NCBI GenBank assembly: GCA_016204975.1
Contig: JACQJP010000032.1
Coordinates: 1 to 61,709 of the forward strand
Direction of reading: 5' to 3'
Length of the DNA: 61,709 bases
From: Elusimicrobiota bacterium
GTDB lineage: Bacteria > Elusimicrobiota > Elusimicrobia > JACQJP01
Under the pieces are notes generated by a model. That model was not told the origin of the DNA. It saw only the letters and a list, made by a program, of their open reading frames with translations, and did not search any database. Made by a program: the position numbers and the translations under genes. Of this stretch, positions 9,762 to 17,997 are shown piece by piece. Every line of letters begins with the position of its first letter. Positions within the stretch are counted from its first letter, which is position 1.

Positions 9762-10445
9762 ATGCGGGTGGTGGAGATTTTTTCTTCTCTTCAGGGAGAG
9801 GGGCCCTGGGTGGGGGAGCGGCAGATTTTTATCCGTTTTGGAGGCTGCAATCTCCATTGTGACTACTGCGATGAGCCCCACACCATTCCTTTAGATGCAG
9901 GGCGCGAAATGTGTTTAGGAGAGATTCAAAATCATGTTCTGGGGCTGCAGGCTCGGCGGCTCCACAGCTGGGTGTCGCTGACTGGAGGAGAACCACTCCT
10001 GCAGGCTGCCCGCTTGGGTTCGCTTTTGCCCTGGCTGAAGGAGCAGGGATTGCGGGTCTATCTGGAGACCAACGGCACTCTTTCCCGCGCCTTGGCCTGT
10101 GTTTTGGAGTGGGTGGATGTGGTGGCGATGGACTTGAAACTCCCTTCCGCCACGGAAAGGGAGTGCTGGTTGCCGCACGAGGACTGTTTGAAGCTGGCCG
10201 GGAAAAAAGCATTTGTAAAGGTGGTCTTGACTGAAGCCAGCCAGGAGGGGGAGTGGGAGAGGGTCTTGAAATTGGTGTCTGGGGTTACGCCGGTGCCCAC
10301 GCTCATCCTCCAACCTGCCACTCCCACGGCCGGCGCAGCGGCACCTCATCCGGGCCAGGTTTTGAGATGGTTTCAGGAGGCGCGCCTGAAACTTCCGGAT
10401 GCGCGGTTGGGTTTTCAGTGGCACCCTCTCTGGGGGATGCCCTGA
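9762..10445 (+). CDS. queE: 7-carboxy-7-deazaguanine synthase (radical SAM)
   Basis: MRVVEIFSSLQGEGPWVGERQIFIRFGGCNLHCDYCDEP (CxxxCxxC). The upstream part of track ORF 9183..10445 is an alternate-frame overlap of queC and is not counted. Confidence 0.9.
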   Translation: MRVVEIFSSLQGEGPWVGERQIFIRFGGCNLHCDYCDEPHTIPLDAGREMCLGEIQNHVLGLQARRLHSWVSLTGGEPLLQAARLGSLLPWLKEQGLRVYLETNGTLSRALACVLEWVDVVAMDLKLPSATERECWLPHEDCLKLAGKKAFVKVVLTEASQEGEWERVLKLVSGVTPVPTLILQPATPTAGAAAPHPGQVLRWFQEARLKLPDARLGFQWHPLWGMP

Positions 10446-11302
10446 TGCCCGCCTGCCTGCTTGGGATTCTAGCACCCTCCGCAGCGCTTCGGGTACCAGC
10501 CGGGCTCGCAGAGCTCGCCAGCGTCCTAGCACTGTCGCTTTTCTTTTTTAGTTGCGGTTCGCAGGAGTTGGCGGAGAATGTTCCCCCGCCGGTCCGCATC
10601 CTCATCGATCCGGGACATGGGGGATATGATCCCGGCGCGATGCGCAAGATTGAAGGCCAGTGGGTTCGGGAGAAGCAGGTAGCCTTGAGCATCTCTTTGA
10701 ATCTGGCAGAGCGTTTCCAGAAAGATTCCCGTTTTCTGGTTTCCCTCACCCGCTATGGAGACAGCCACCTCTCTCTTTACAGACGCTCCTCGATGGCGCA
10801 CCGGGAAAGGCCGGATCTTTTCGTCTCCGTCCACTTAAACGCCGCCGGCAGCCGCCACAAGCAGGGGATAGAGATCTTCGTGCATTCCGATTATCCTATG
10901 AACTCCCGGGGGCGCCGGGTCCGCCGCTATTCCCCTTGCGATGAGGATCGGACCAAGAAGGTGCTGCCCCTGTCGCCTGCTGAGATGCGCCGCCAGTGGA
11001 ACCGGGAGGCCTCCTTGGCGGGGCATCAGATTCAGAAGGCTTTGCGGGAGGAGACGGGGATGCGGAATATCTGGCTCAAGAAGCGGGATTTCTTCGTATT
11101 GCGCTGTGTGCCGGCTCCGGCGGTTCTGATGGAGTTGGGTTTTTTGTCCAACCCCAAAGACGCGGAGAGAATTGTAGAGGGCCGTTTTCGGGAGCAGTTG
11201 GTGAATGGAATCTATCGGGGGATTCTTGCTTATTTGGAGCAAAGATCCTCGCAGTCGCGGGAGGCTTCCGTCTCCGGAGCCCAGGGACCAGAACCGGGGT
11301 AA
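10445..11302 (+). CDS. N-acetylmuramoyl-L-alanine amidase (Amidase_3), lipoprotein
   Basis: ATG 10445 overlaps the queE stop (ATGA-type). Lipobox-like FFFSC. ILIDPGHGGYDPGA..DLFVSVHLNA..ELGFLSN. The signal peptide carries a Family-2 repeat. Confidence 0.85.
   Translation: MPACLLGILAPSAALRVPAGLAELASVLALSLFFFSCGSQELAENVPPPVRILIDPGHGGYDPGAMRKIEGQWVREKQVALSISLNLAERFQKDSRFLVSLTRYGDSHLSLYRRSSMAHRERPDLFVSVHLNAAGSRHKQGIEIFVHSDYPMNSRGRRVRRYSPCDEDRTKKVLPLSPAEMRRQWNREASLAGHQIQKALREETGMRNIWLKKRDFFVLRCVPAPAVLMELGFLSNPKDAERIVEGRFREQLVNGIYRGILAYLEQRSSQSREASVSGAQGPEPG
10469..10532 (-). repeat. Family-2 57-nt mini-element, copy a (inside amidase signal-peptide coding region)
   Basis: ctagcaccctccgcagcgcttcgggtaccagccggg..ccagcgtcctagcac. 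ctagcac at 10469 and 10526 (57 nt apart). Confidence 0.85.
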
Positions 11303-11312
11303 GAAAAATTTT

Positions 11313-11341
11313 TTGACTCGGGGGGATTTTTTTAGTAGGCT
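11313..11341 (+). promoter_or_regulatory. Candidate promoter in the amidase-amidase spacer
   Basis: TTGACT (11313-18), 17-nt spacer, TAGGCT (11336-41). The predicted transcription start is near ATG 11349. Confidence 0.3.
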
Positions 11342-11470
11342 ATCCGCCATGGTCTTCTTCCGGAGATCTTCCTGCTTGATGGGGGATGCCTGTCAGTGCA
11401 TGGGCTTTGGCATGTGTTGCCCAACAGCCCTTCGCGGATAGGCGGGTTTTCCGGAAGTTTTGAAGTCTTT

Positions 11471-11499
11471 AAACCCACTGTCCGCGAGTGGGTTTTTTT
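11471..11499 (+). terminator. Rho-independent terminator-like hairpin
   Basis: AAACCCAC-tgtccgcga-GTGGGTTT followed by a T run (7 T in total). Ends 1 nt before ATG 11500. Confidence 0.6.
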
Positions 11500-12384
11500 A
11501 TGGTGATTTTTTCTTTCATTCTTCTTTTTGCAGCCACCTTGCAGAGCTCGGGGGCGGAGGAAGCGCCAGGGGTGCGTGCCGAGCTTTGGGCGTCAGTCGC
11601 TCAGGCCCAGGATTTTGGGCGCCTTTCCCCAGAAACCCTCTCCGGCTGGAGGGGAGCGGCTGTCCACCTGGAAGAGCGCCGGTTGCGGCGTCCGGTCCGC
11701 ATCGTCATTGACCCCGGGCACGGGGGATTTTTCCCGGGCGCCCAGGGAAAGAAGAGAGCGGGGCAGGAGCGCACCCTGGAGAAAGACGTCAATCTTCGGT
11801 ATGCGCTCACGCTGTATGCCCTTCTCAAGGAGGATGCTCGCTTCGCGCCCTATTTAACCCGCAGCGGGGATGAGACGGTGCTTTTAGTGGAGCGTGTGGA
11901 GTTTGCCGTTCAAAAACAGGCGGATATGTTTATTTCCCTGCATGCCAACGGGAGATATCCCGAAGCTCATCCTCAGGTCAACGGCGGGGTGGAGATTTAT
12001 GTCTTGTCTGCGCAGATGAAGAATTTGGAGTTGTGCGACAATGAGCGGGAGAAGCGGGCGCTCCGAAAAATCCTTCCGGATATTCCGGATCGGGGGATTC
12101 CCCTTCCCGGAGCCGAGTTGAGGCTGCTCAATGTCCAAGCGGTGGAAAGGCTTCAGGGGGTTTTTGCGGAAAGGCTTCGGCCCCTGGTGGGGGAGATTCG
12201 GGTCCTGCGCCGGGATCACTTCGTGCTGCGCTGCGCCCCGATGCCTTCGGTCTTGGTGGAGATGGGCTTTTTGACCAACCCGATGGAGGAGGGGCGGCTG
12301 CTGGAGGACCGCTTTCGAACCTCTTTTACCTACCTGCTCTATCGTTCCCTGGTCCGGTATTTCTTTGAGCCCTCATCCCCTTAG
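11500..12384 (+). CDS. N-acetylmuramoyl-L-alanine amidase (Amidase_3)
   Basis: Signal peptide MVIFSFILLFAATLQSSGA, then IVIDPGHGGFFPGA..MFISLHANG..EMGFLTN. The track start GTG 11488 lies inside a terminator stem, so ATG 11500 is preferred. Confidence 0.85.
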   Translation: MVIFSFILLFAATLQSSGAEEAPGVRAELWASVAQAQDFGRLSPETLSGWRGAAVHLEERRLRRPVRIVIDPGHGGFFPGAQGKKRAGQERTLEKDVNLRYALTLYALLKEDARFAPYLTRSGDETVLLVERVEFAVQKQADMFISLHANGRYPEAHPQVNGGVEIYVLSAQMKNLELCDNEREKRALRKILPDIPDRGIPLPGAELRLLNVQAVERLQGVFAERLRPLVGEIRVLRRDHFVLRCAPMPSVLVEMGFLTNPMEEGRLLEDRFRTSFTYLLYRSLVRYFFEPSSP

Positions 12385-14130
12385 AGGGGGCGGTCCGGGG
12401 CGTCCGAATCGGCGGGCCAACTCCGACCGGGAAAGGGTCAGGAGGCTGGGTCGGCCGTGGGGACACGAGAGGCTGTTTTGGCACCGGGCCAGGTCCTCCA
12501 GGAGTTGCAGCGCTTCTTTTTCGGCAAGCGGGTCGTGGGCTTTGACGGCTGCCCGGCAGGCCAGGCCGGCCAGGTATTCGCCCCGCTCCTCTGCCAGGGC
12601 CGGGAGGCTCCCCAGAGACTCACAGATCGCCTCTAGGAATTTTTCCAGCTCCATATCCTTGGAAAAAAAAACCGCCGGCACGCCTTCCGCGCTCCACGCT
12701 CGAGGTCCTCGGGGACGGAGCTCAAAACCCATTCGGGTGGCCCACTCCAGATGGTCCTGTAGTTTTTGAGCCTGGGAAGCACTCGTTTCCCATAAGACGG
12801 GAACGAGGAGCTTCTGGACCGGAATCTGTCCGCGGCGGGCTTGGGCGAGATACCTCTCAAAGAGTACGCGTTCCGCCGCCGCGTGCTGGTCCATCAGGCA
12901 GAGTCCGCCTTGGGATTCCCAGACCAGGTAGGTTTTCTCAATGGGTCCGAGGAACCGGAAGGGGGGGCGGTACCAGTCCGGGGAGGTTTCGGTCGCAGGA
13001 CCCAAAGGGAGGAGGGGGCCTTCTTGGACGCAAGCTCTCAGCGAAGGGGCTGCGGAGGGTACCGGATCCCAGCGTGTAGGTATCAAGGGAGCGGTCTTTC
13101 TTTCTTTTTCGAGCGTGGCGAGGACAGCCCTCAGGACGTAGTCATGGACGGCTCTTTCCTCTCTAAAGCGGACCTCCCTTTTGGCGGGGTGGACATTGAC
13201 GTCGAGTTGGAGGGGGTCTATCTCCAAAAAAAGCGCCCCCTGGGGGCGCAGATCCTGTCGGTGCAGGCGCCGGTAGGCTTCCAGCAGGGCGTGCTGCAAA
13301 AGACGCGAGAAGATGGGGCGCCGGTTCACAAACCAAAACAGATGCCCTCTTCGGGCTTGTCCCGAATGGATGGGTGCCAGCAAGCCGAAGAAGCGAAGGG
13401 GGTGACTCTGGGAAAGAAATGGGATCAGCGGCTCCAGGGCTCTGGTTCCCAGGAGCGCCTCCGCTCTTTTTCTAAAGGGGTCCATCGAAAAGGGGTCGCC
13501 CTTTTTCCCTTGCGGGGCCAGGCGGAGGATGGATCTTTGGTCGCCGTCAAAATCCAGGCGGAGCCAGGGATGGGCCAGGGCGGTTTCTTCCGCGATGCGC
13601 AGCAGATGGCTTTTTTCGGTCGCCTCGCTCTTGAGGAACTTGGCCCGAGCGGGAGTGTTGAAGAACAGGCCTTGGACCTCCACCGCCGTTCCCTTTTTGG
13701 GCGGGGCCTCCCTTTCGAAGAGGATTTTGGGTCCCTTCCGCGTGATCTGCCACCCGGTGGGGGCTTGGGCGACGCAGCTGGTGAGGGTGAAGTGGGAGAT
13801 GGAGGCGATGGCGGGAAGGGCTTCCCCGCGAAACCCGAAGGTTTGAAGCTGCTCTAAGTCACCGAGCGATCGAATTTTGCTGGTGGCGTGTCTCTGCAGG
13901 GCCAGGCGGCATTCCTCCGGGGGCATTCCGCATCCGTCGTCGCTGACCCGGATGCGCTTTTTTCCCGCTTCCTCAATGGAGATTTGGATGTGGGCGGCTC
14001 CCGCATCCAGGGAATTTTCCAGGAGCTCCTTTAGAACGGAGGCGGGCCTTTCCACCACCTCCCCGGCCGCTATCTGGGAGACTGTTTCTTCCGAAAGGGG
14101 ACGTATCCTGGTTACTGTGGATTGTTCCAT
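12373..14130 (-). CDS. mutL: DNA mismatch repair protein MutL
   Basis: GHKL ATPase N-terminus (IAAGEVVERPASVLKELLENSLDAG) and C-terminal dimerisation/endonuclease region. Start overlaps the mutS stop. Confidence 0.93.
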   Translation of the reverse strand: MEQSTVTRIRPLSEETVSQIAAGEVVERPASVLKELLENSLDAGAAHIQISIEEAGKKRIRVSDDGCGMPPEECRLALQRHATSKIRSLGDLEQLQTFGFRGEALPAIASISHFTLTSCVAQAPTGWQITRKGPKILFEREAPPKKGTAVEVQGLFFNTPARAKFLKSEATEKSHLLRIAEETALAHPWLRLDFDGDQRSILRLAPQGKKGDPFSMDPFRKRAEALLGTRALEPLIPFLSQSHPLRFFGLLAPIHSGQARRGHLFWFVNRRPIFSRLLQHALLEAYRRLHRQDLRPQGALFLEIDPLQLDVNVHPAKREVRFREERAVHDYVLRAVLATLEKERKTAPLIPTRWDPVPSAAPSLRACVQEGPLLPLGPATETSPDWYRPPFRFLGPIEKTYLVWESQGGLCLMDQHAAAERVLFERYLAQARRGQIPVQKLLVPVLWETSASQAQKLQDHLEWATRMGFELRPRGPRAWSAEGVPAVFFSKDMELEKFLEAICESLGSLPALAEERGEYLAGLACRAAVKAHDPLAEKEALQLLEDLARCQNSLSCPHGRPSLLTLSRSELARRFGRPGPPPLRG

Positions 14131-16640
14131 GGTTCTTTGAAGGGCAGGGAGCGCTCAAGATGGGAGGCGGGCTCTGCCCGCTTTTCCTCCAGTTTCTGGA
14201 GGATCTCCCAGGCGCGTCCGATGAGACTTTTGGGAAGGCCGGCCAGCTCCGCCACGTGGATTCCGTAGGAGCGGTCCGCGGGCCCCGGGGCGATTTTATA
14301 TAGAAAAAGGATTTCAGTCTTTCCGCTCTCTTTCGTCCACTCCCGAACCCCTACGTGGACGTTGCGGATTCTAGGGTAGATCTCCGCCAGTTCCGTCAGC
14401 TCAAAGTAGTGGGTGGCAAAGAGGACCTTGGGGCCTGACCGACAGCCTTCCTTTTCCCAGGTGCGGTAGAGGTGCTCCAATACCGCCCAGGCGATGGAGA
14501 TGCCGTCGTAGGTGGAGGTTCCTCGTCCCACCTCATCTAATAGGAGGAGGCTTCTGGGGGTGGCGCTCTGGAGAATCGAAGCGGTCTCGCGCATCTCCAC
14601 CATAAAGGTGGACTCCCCTCGGGCAATGGCGTCCTGGGCTCCGATGCGTGTCAGGATTTGATCCACCAAGCCGATCCGGGCAAAGCGCGCCGGCACAAAG
14701 CATCCCATCTGAGCCAGCAGGACGATCAGGGCGTTTTGCCTAAGATAAGTGCTTTTTCCGGACATGTTGGGGCCGGTCAAGACGAGAATCTGCTTTTGAG
14801 AGCCGTCTAGGAGCAGATCGTTGGGCACGAAGGGAGCTCCGGCCAGAGACTGCTCGACTGTGGGATGGCGGCCATCCTGGATATCCAAAAGGGGGCCTTC
14901 CTCCAGCTTCGGCTTGACGTAGTTGTTTTCCTGGCTCACTTGGGCCAGACTGGCCAGGACGTCCAGGGTGGCCAGGTTTTGGGCCAGGGTCTTGAGGGGT
15001 TTTAGCTTGCAGAGAACCTCTTGGGCCAGTCTCCTCCAGAGCTCCCCCTCCAGGCGATGGATTTTTTCTTCGGCCCCTAGAATTTTGGTTTCCATCTCCT
15101 TCAGTTCCGGGGTGAGGAAACGTTCCGCATTCACCAGGGTTTGTTTGCGCTCGTAGTTTTTGGGCACCTTGGAAAGGTGCGCGCGGGTCACCTCCAGGTA
15201 ATATCCGAAAACCGAATTGTACCCCACTCTCAAAGAGGGGATCTTGGTGCGGGCCCTTTCTTGAGCCTCCAGGCCGGCTATCTGGCGCTGGCCCTCTCCA
15301 GCGGCTCGGCGGGCCTCGTCTAGGGCCGGGTCCCAGCCGTCCTGGAAGATCCCACCGTCTGAGAGTTTGGCTGGAGGATTTTCCACCAGGGCGCGGCTGA
15401 GCCGTGCCTGGAGGGTCTGAAGCTCCCCCAGAAGTTCCGGATCAAGGAATTTTACGGTCGTTTCCGTGGCGAGGTTTTTGGCGGAGAGGATTTGAAGAGA
15501 GCTTTGGATCTCCGGGATAGAGTTCAGGGTCTTTCGCAAACCCACCAGGTCCCTCGGCGAGGCGCTGCCGTTTGCCAGGCGGGAGAGGATGCGCTCGATG
15601 TCGTAGGTTTGAGACAGGGTTTCTTGTACCCGCTTTCTTTCGGAGGCCTCCTCCATCAGGCACTCCACCCAGTTTTGCCTTGCTTCCAGGGCTTGGAGAT
15701 CGCAGAGAGGATGGGACATCCAGTCCTTCATCTTCCTGGAGCCTACGGCGGTTCGGGTGGTATCTAAGACGCGGAAAAGGGCCTCCAGCTCCAATGTTTG
15801 CATGGCAGACTCGTCCATCTGTAGGTGGCGCTTGAGATGGCGCCACTGCGGTTGGGGAAGGTGGGGGGCCAGGGAGGGTTGGTTTTCCAAGACGTAGCCC
15901 CGCAGGAGACGGCAGGCCTTCGCCGCCAGGGGGCGGTTTTCCAAAAATGTGGGCAGCTCCGTGGGAAAGCTCTGAGTGGGGGGGACCTTGGCTTCAGAAA
16001 TTGTACAGCGGGGCGTGAGGGACTGGAGCTGCTTTTTCAATTCTTCCGGGGCCTGGAGTCCTTCCTCCAGGAGAACCTCGGCGGGTTTGAGGCGCACGAT
16101 TTCGGAAAGGAGAAGCCGCCATTGCGGGTCCCGGTGTTCTTCGGCGGTCCAGAAGTCGTAGGTGGAGACATCCATGGTGGCCATCCCCCAGCCCAGCCCT
16201 TCTTGGAGGCAGAGGCCCACCAGAAAGTTGGCTCCTCTCTGGGGAACAATCTCCTGCTCCACCGCCGTCCCGGGGGTCAGCACCCGCAGCACTTGCCGGC
16301 GGACGATGCCTACCGCCTGCGCGGGGTCTTCGGTTTGTTCGCAGACGGCCACCTTTTCACCCGCATCCAGCAGGCGGCGGATGTAGTTGGAAGAGGCATG
16401 GAAGGGGACCCCGCACATGGGCACGCCTTGCCGGGAGGTCAAAACCAGCTGCAGGATGCGGCTGGCCCTGCGGGCGTCCTCCCCGAACATCTCGTAGAAG
16501 TCCCCCAGGCGGAAAAAGAGGATGGCGTGGGGGTATTGGGCCTTGATCTTTTGATACTGCTGCATGAGGGGGGTGTCCGGCGATCCTTGCGGTATTTTGC
16601 GTGTCAGCTGGGTTTGTTTGGCGCGAGGCATATTTTCCAT
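14112..16640 (-). CDS. mutS: DNA mismatch repair protein MutS
   Basis: TPLMQQY..FFRLGDFYEMF mismatch-binding motif, Walker A GPNMSGKST, and DEVGRGTSTYDG. Confidence 0.95.
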   Translation of the reverse strand: MENMPRAKQTQLTRKIPQGSPDTPLMQQYQKIKAQYPHAILFFRLGDFYEMFGEDARRASRILQLVLTSRQGVPMCGVPFHASSNYIRRLLDAGEKVAVCEQTEDPAQAVGIVRRQVLRVLTPGTAVEQEIVPQRGANFLVGLCLQEGLGWGMATMDVSTYDFWTAEEHRDPQWRLLLSEIVRLKPAEVLLEEGLQAPEELKKQLQSLTPRCTISEAKVPPTQSFPTELPTFLENRPLAAKACRLLRGYVLENQPSLAPHLPQPQWRHLKRHLQMDESAMQTLELEALFRVLDTTRTAVGSRKMKDWMSHPLCDLQALEARQNWVECLMEEASERKRVQETLSQTYDIERILSRLANGSASPRDLVGLRKTLNSIPEIQSSLQILSAKNLATETTVKFLDPELLGELQTLQARLSRALVENPPAKLSDGGIFQDGWDPALDEARRAAGEGQRQIAGLEAQERARTKIPSLRVGYNSVFGYYLEVTRAHLSKVPKNYERKQTLVNAERFLTPELKEMETKILGAEEKIHRLEGELWRRLAQEVLCKLKPLKTLAQNLATLDVLASLAQVSQENNYVKPKLEEGPLLDIQDGRHPTVEQSLAGAPFVPNDLLLDGSQKQILVLTGPNMSGKSTYLRQNALIVLLAQMGCFVPARFARIGLVDQILTRIGAQDAIARGESTFMVEMRETASILQSATPRSLLLLDEVGRGTSTYDGISIAWAVLEHLYRTWEKEGCRSGPKVLFATHYFELTELAEIYPRIRNVHVGVREWTKESGKTEILFLYKIAPGPADRSYGIHVAELAGLPKSLIGRAWEILQKLEEKRAEPASHLERSLPFKEPWNNPQ

Positions 16641-16665
16641 CCTGCATTATATCCGACCGACGCAA

Positions 16666-16736
16666 GGGGGTCCATAGGCCTTTTGGTCCCTTTTTCCGGG
16701 CCTTTGGACCTAGGCAAAAGGTGGGACTTTTTTTCG
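16666..16736 (+). repeat. Family-3 intergenic GGACC/GGTCC-rich terminator-like repeat, copy 1 (between ychF and mutS)
   Basis: gggggtccataggccttttggtccctttttccgggcctttggacctaggcaaaaggtgggacttttttt aligns with the 43311 copy (reverse complement). Confidence 0.7.
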
Positions 16737-16760
16737 TTCCAAAGCGGGGCTTCGGGGGGA

Positions 16761-17834
16761 TCAGGAGGGTTTTTGGAATTTGAAAAACATTACGTCGCCT
16801 TCCCGGACCGTGTAGTCCTTGCCTTCCGTCCGGATCAACCCCTTCTCCCGCAAGGCCGCCTCGGAGCCTATCCGGTCGAGGTCCTCAAAGGGGTAAACCT
16901 CTACCCGAATGAAGCCCTTCTGCATGTCGCTATGGATTTTTCCGGCGGCCTCCGGGGCTTTGGCTCCTCGGGAAACGGTCCAGGCGCGCGACTCCTTGGG
17001 GCCGGCGGTGAAAAATGTGATTAAGTCCAGAAGTTTGTAGGCTTCTCGGATCAAGAGATTTAATCCCGGTTCCTCCAGTCCCATCTCCGCAAGGAAATCT
17101 TGACGTTCCGCTTCCTGTAGCTGGGCGATCTCCGCCTCAATTTTCCCGGATAGGATGAGAAAGGGAAGGTCTTGTTGCTGTGCCCAGGCCTGAAACCGCT
17201 GCGCAATCTCGGAGCGTGGGTCGTGGGTGTTTCCAACTAAGAGAATGGGTTTGTCGGTCAAAAGGCCGAGGGGCTTTGTGGCCTGTGGGCTGAGTTGGAG
17301 TGTTCTGGCTGAGTTTCCTTGGGAAAGGGCCGCTTTGATCTTTTCAAGCAAGGCTAGTCTCTCCTGGGCGGCTTTCTCGCCGGTCTTGGCCTGCACTTGC
17401 GTTTTTTCTATCTGTCTTTCCACGGAGGCCAAGTCCGCCAAGGCCAACTCCGTCTCAATGACTCCGGCGTCTCTTTGGGGGTCCACATGGCCCAGGGTAT
17501 GCATGACGTCCGGGTTCTCGAAAAGCCGAATGAGGTGCAACACCGCATCCACTTCTCGGATGTGGGCCAAAAACTGATTTCCGAGTCCTTCCCCACGGCT
17601 GGCGCCTTGAACCAGTCCTGCGATGTCCACGAAACGGACGGCGGCGGGGGTGATTTTTTCAGAGTGGAAGATCTGCCCCAGGCGCCGAAGCCTGGAGTCG
17701 GGAACCTGGGCGACGCCCAGGTTGGGGTCGATGGTTGTGAAGGGATAGTTGGAGCTGGCGGCATTGGCGCTGGTCAAGGCGTTGAAGAGCGTGGATTTTC
17801 CGACGTTGGGAAGGCCGACGATTCCGATCTCCAT
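16761..17834 (-). CDS. ychF: Redox-regulated ATPase YchF (Obg-like)
   Basis: GIVGLPNVGKSTLFNALT G1 motif and C-terminal TGS-like domain (FIRVEV..). Confidence 0.93.
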   Translation of the reverse strand: MEIGIVGLPNVGKSTLFNALTSANAASSNYPFTTIDPNLGVAQVPDSRLRRLGQIFHSEKITPAAVRFVDIAGLVQGASRGEGLGNQFLAHIREVDAVLHLIRLFENPDVMHTLGHVDPQRDAGVIETELALADLASVERQIEKTQVQAKTGEKAAQERLALLEKIKAALSQGNSARTLQLSPQATKPLGLLTDKPILLVGNTHDPRSEIAQRFQAWAQQQDLPFLILSGKIEAEIAQLQEAERQDFLAEMGLEEPGLNLLIREAYKLLDLITFFTAGPKESRAWTVSRGAKAPEAAGKIHSDMQKGFIRVEVYPFEDLDRIGSEAALREKGLIRTEGKDYTVREGDVMFFKFQKPS

Positions 17835-17915
17835 GGGGAGGTCCAGAGGATTTCATTTTAGTAAAATCCAGCTCGTGTGTCTCATGCACGGGTACGGCTC
17901 TGTGTCCGCAGTTCA

Positions 17916-17924
17916 TGCTACAAT
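17916..17924 (+). promoter_or_regulatory. Candidate extended -10 element (TGcTACAAT) for the TPR gene
   Basis: TGnTACAAT lies 12 nt upstream of Family-2 copy b. No good -35 seen. Confidence 0.3.
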
Positions 17925-17935
17925 AGGGAGGAGGA

Positions 17936-17997
17936 CTGGCGGAGTCGTCCCGCCTCTGGCGGGCCGCCGTACCCGGAGCACTGCGGAGGGTGCTAGG
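17936..17997 (+). repeat. Family-2 mini-element, copy b (5' UTR of TPR gene, ends at the start codon)
   Basis: ctggcggagtcgtCCCGCCtctGGCGGGccgccgtacccggagcactgcggagggtgctagg, followed directly by ATG. Confidence 0.85.

Noticed and set aside
11342-11470. Calling the amidase leader a c-di-AMP (ydaO) riboswitch
   Set aside because: The context fits, but I can see only loose similarity to the conserved ydaO core (no clear ACAGCUAACCUCGUAAGCG or twin GGGG..GAAUC segments). Left as a test to run, not a call.
12841-13857. 338-aa plus-strand ORF
   Set aside because: Antisense to mutL. Gly/Arg-rich shadow ORF.
15825-17024. 399-aa plus-strand ORF
   Set aside because: It is antisense to mutS and ychF, which have unmistakable motifs. 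There are no recognisable domains. Shadow ORF.
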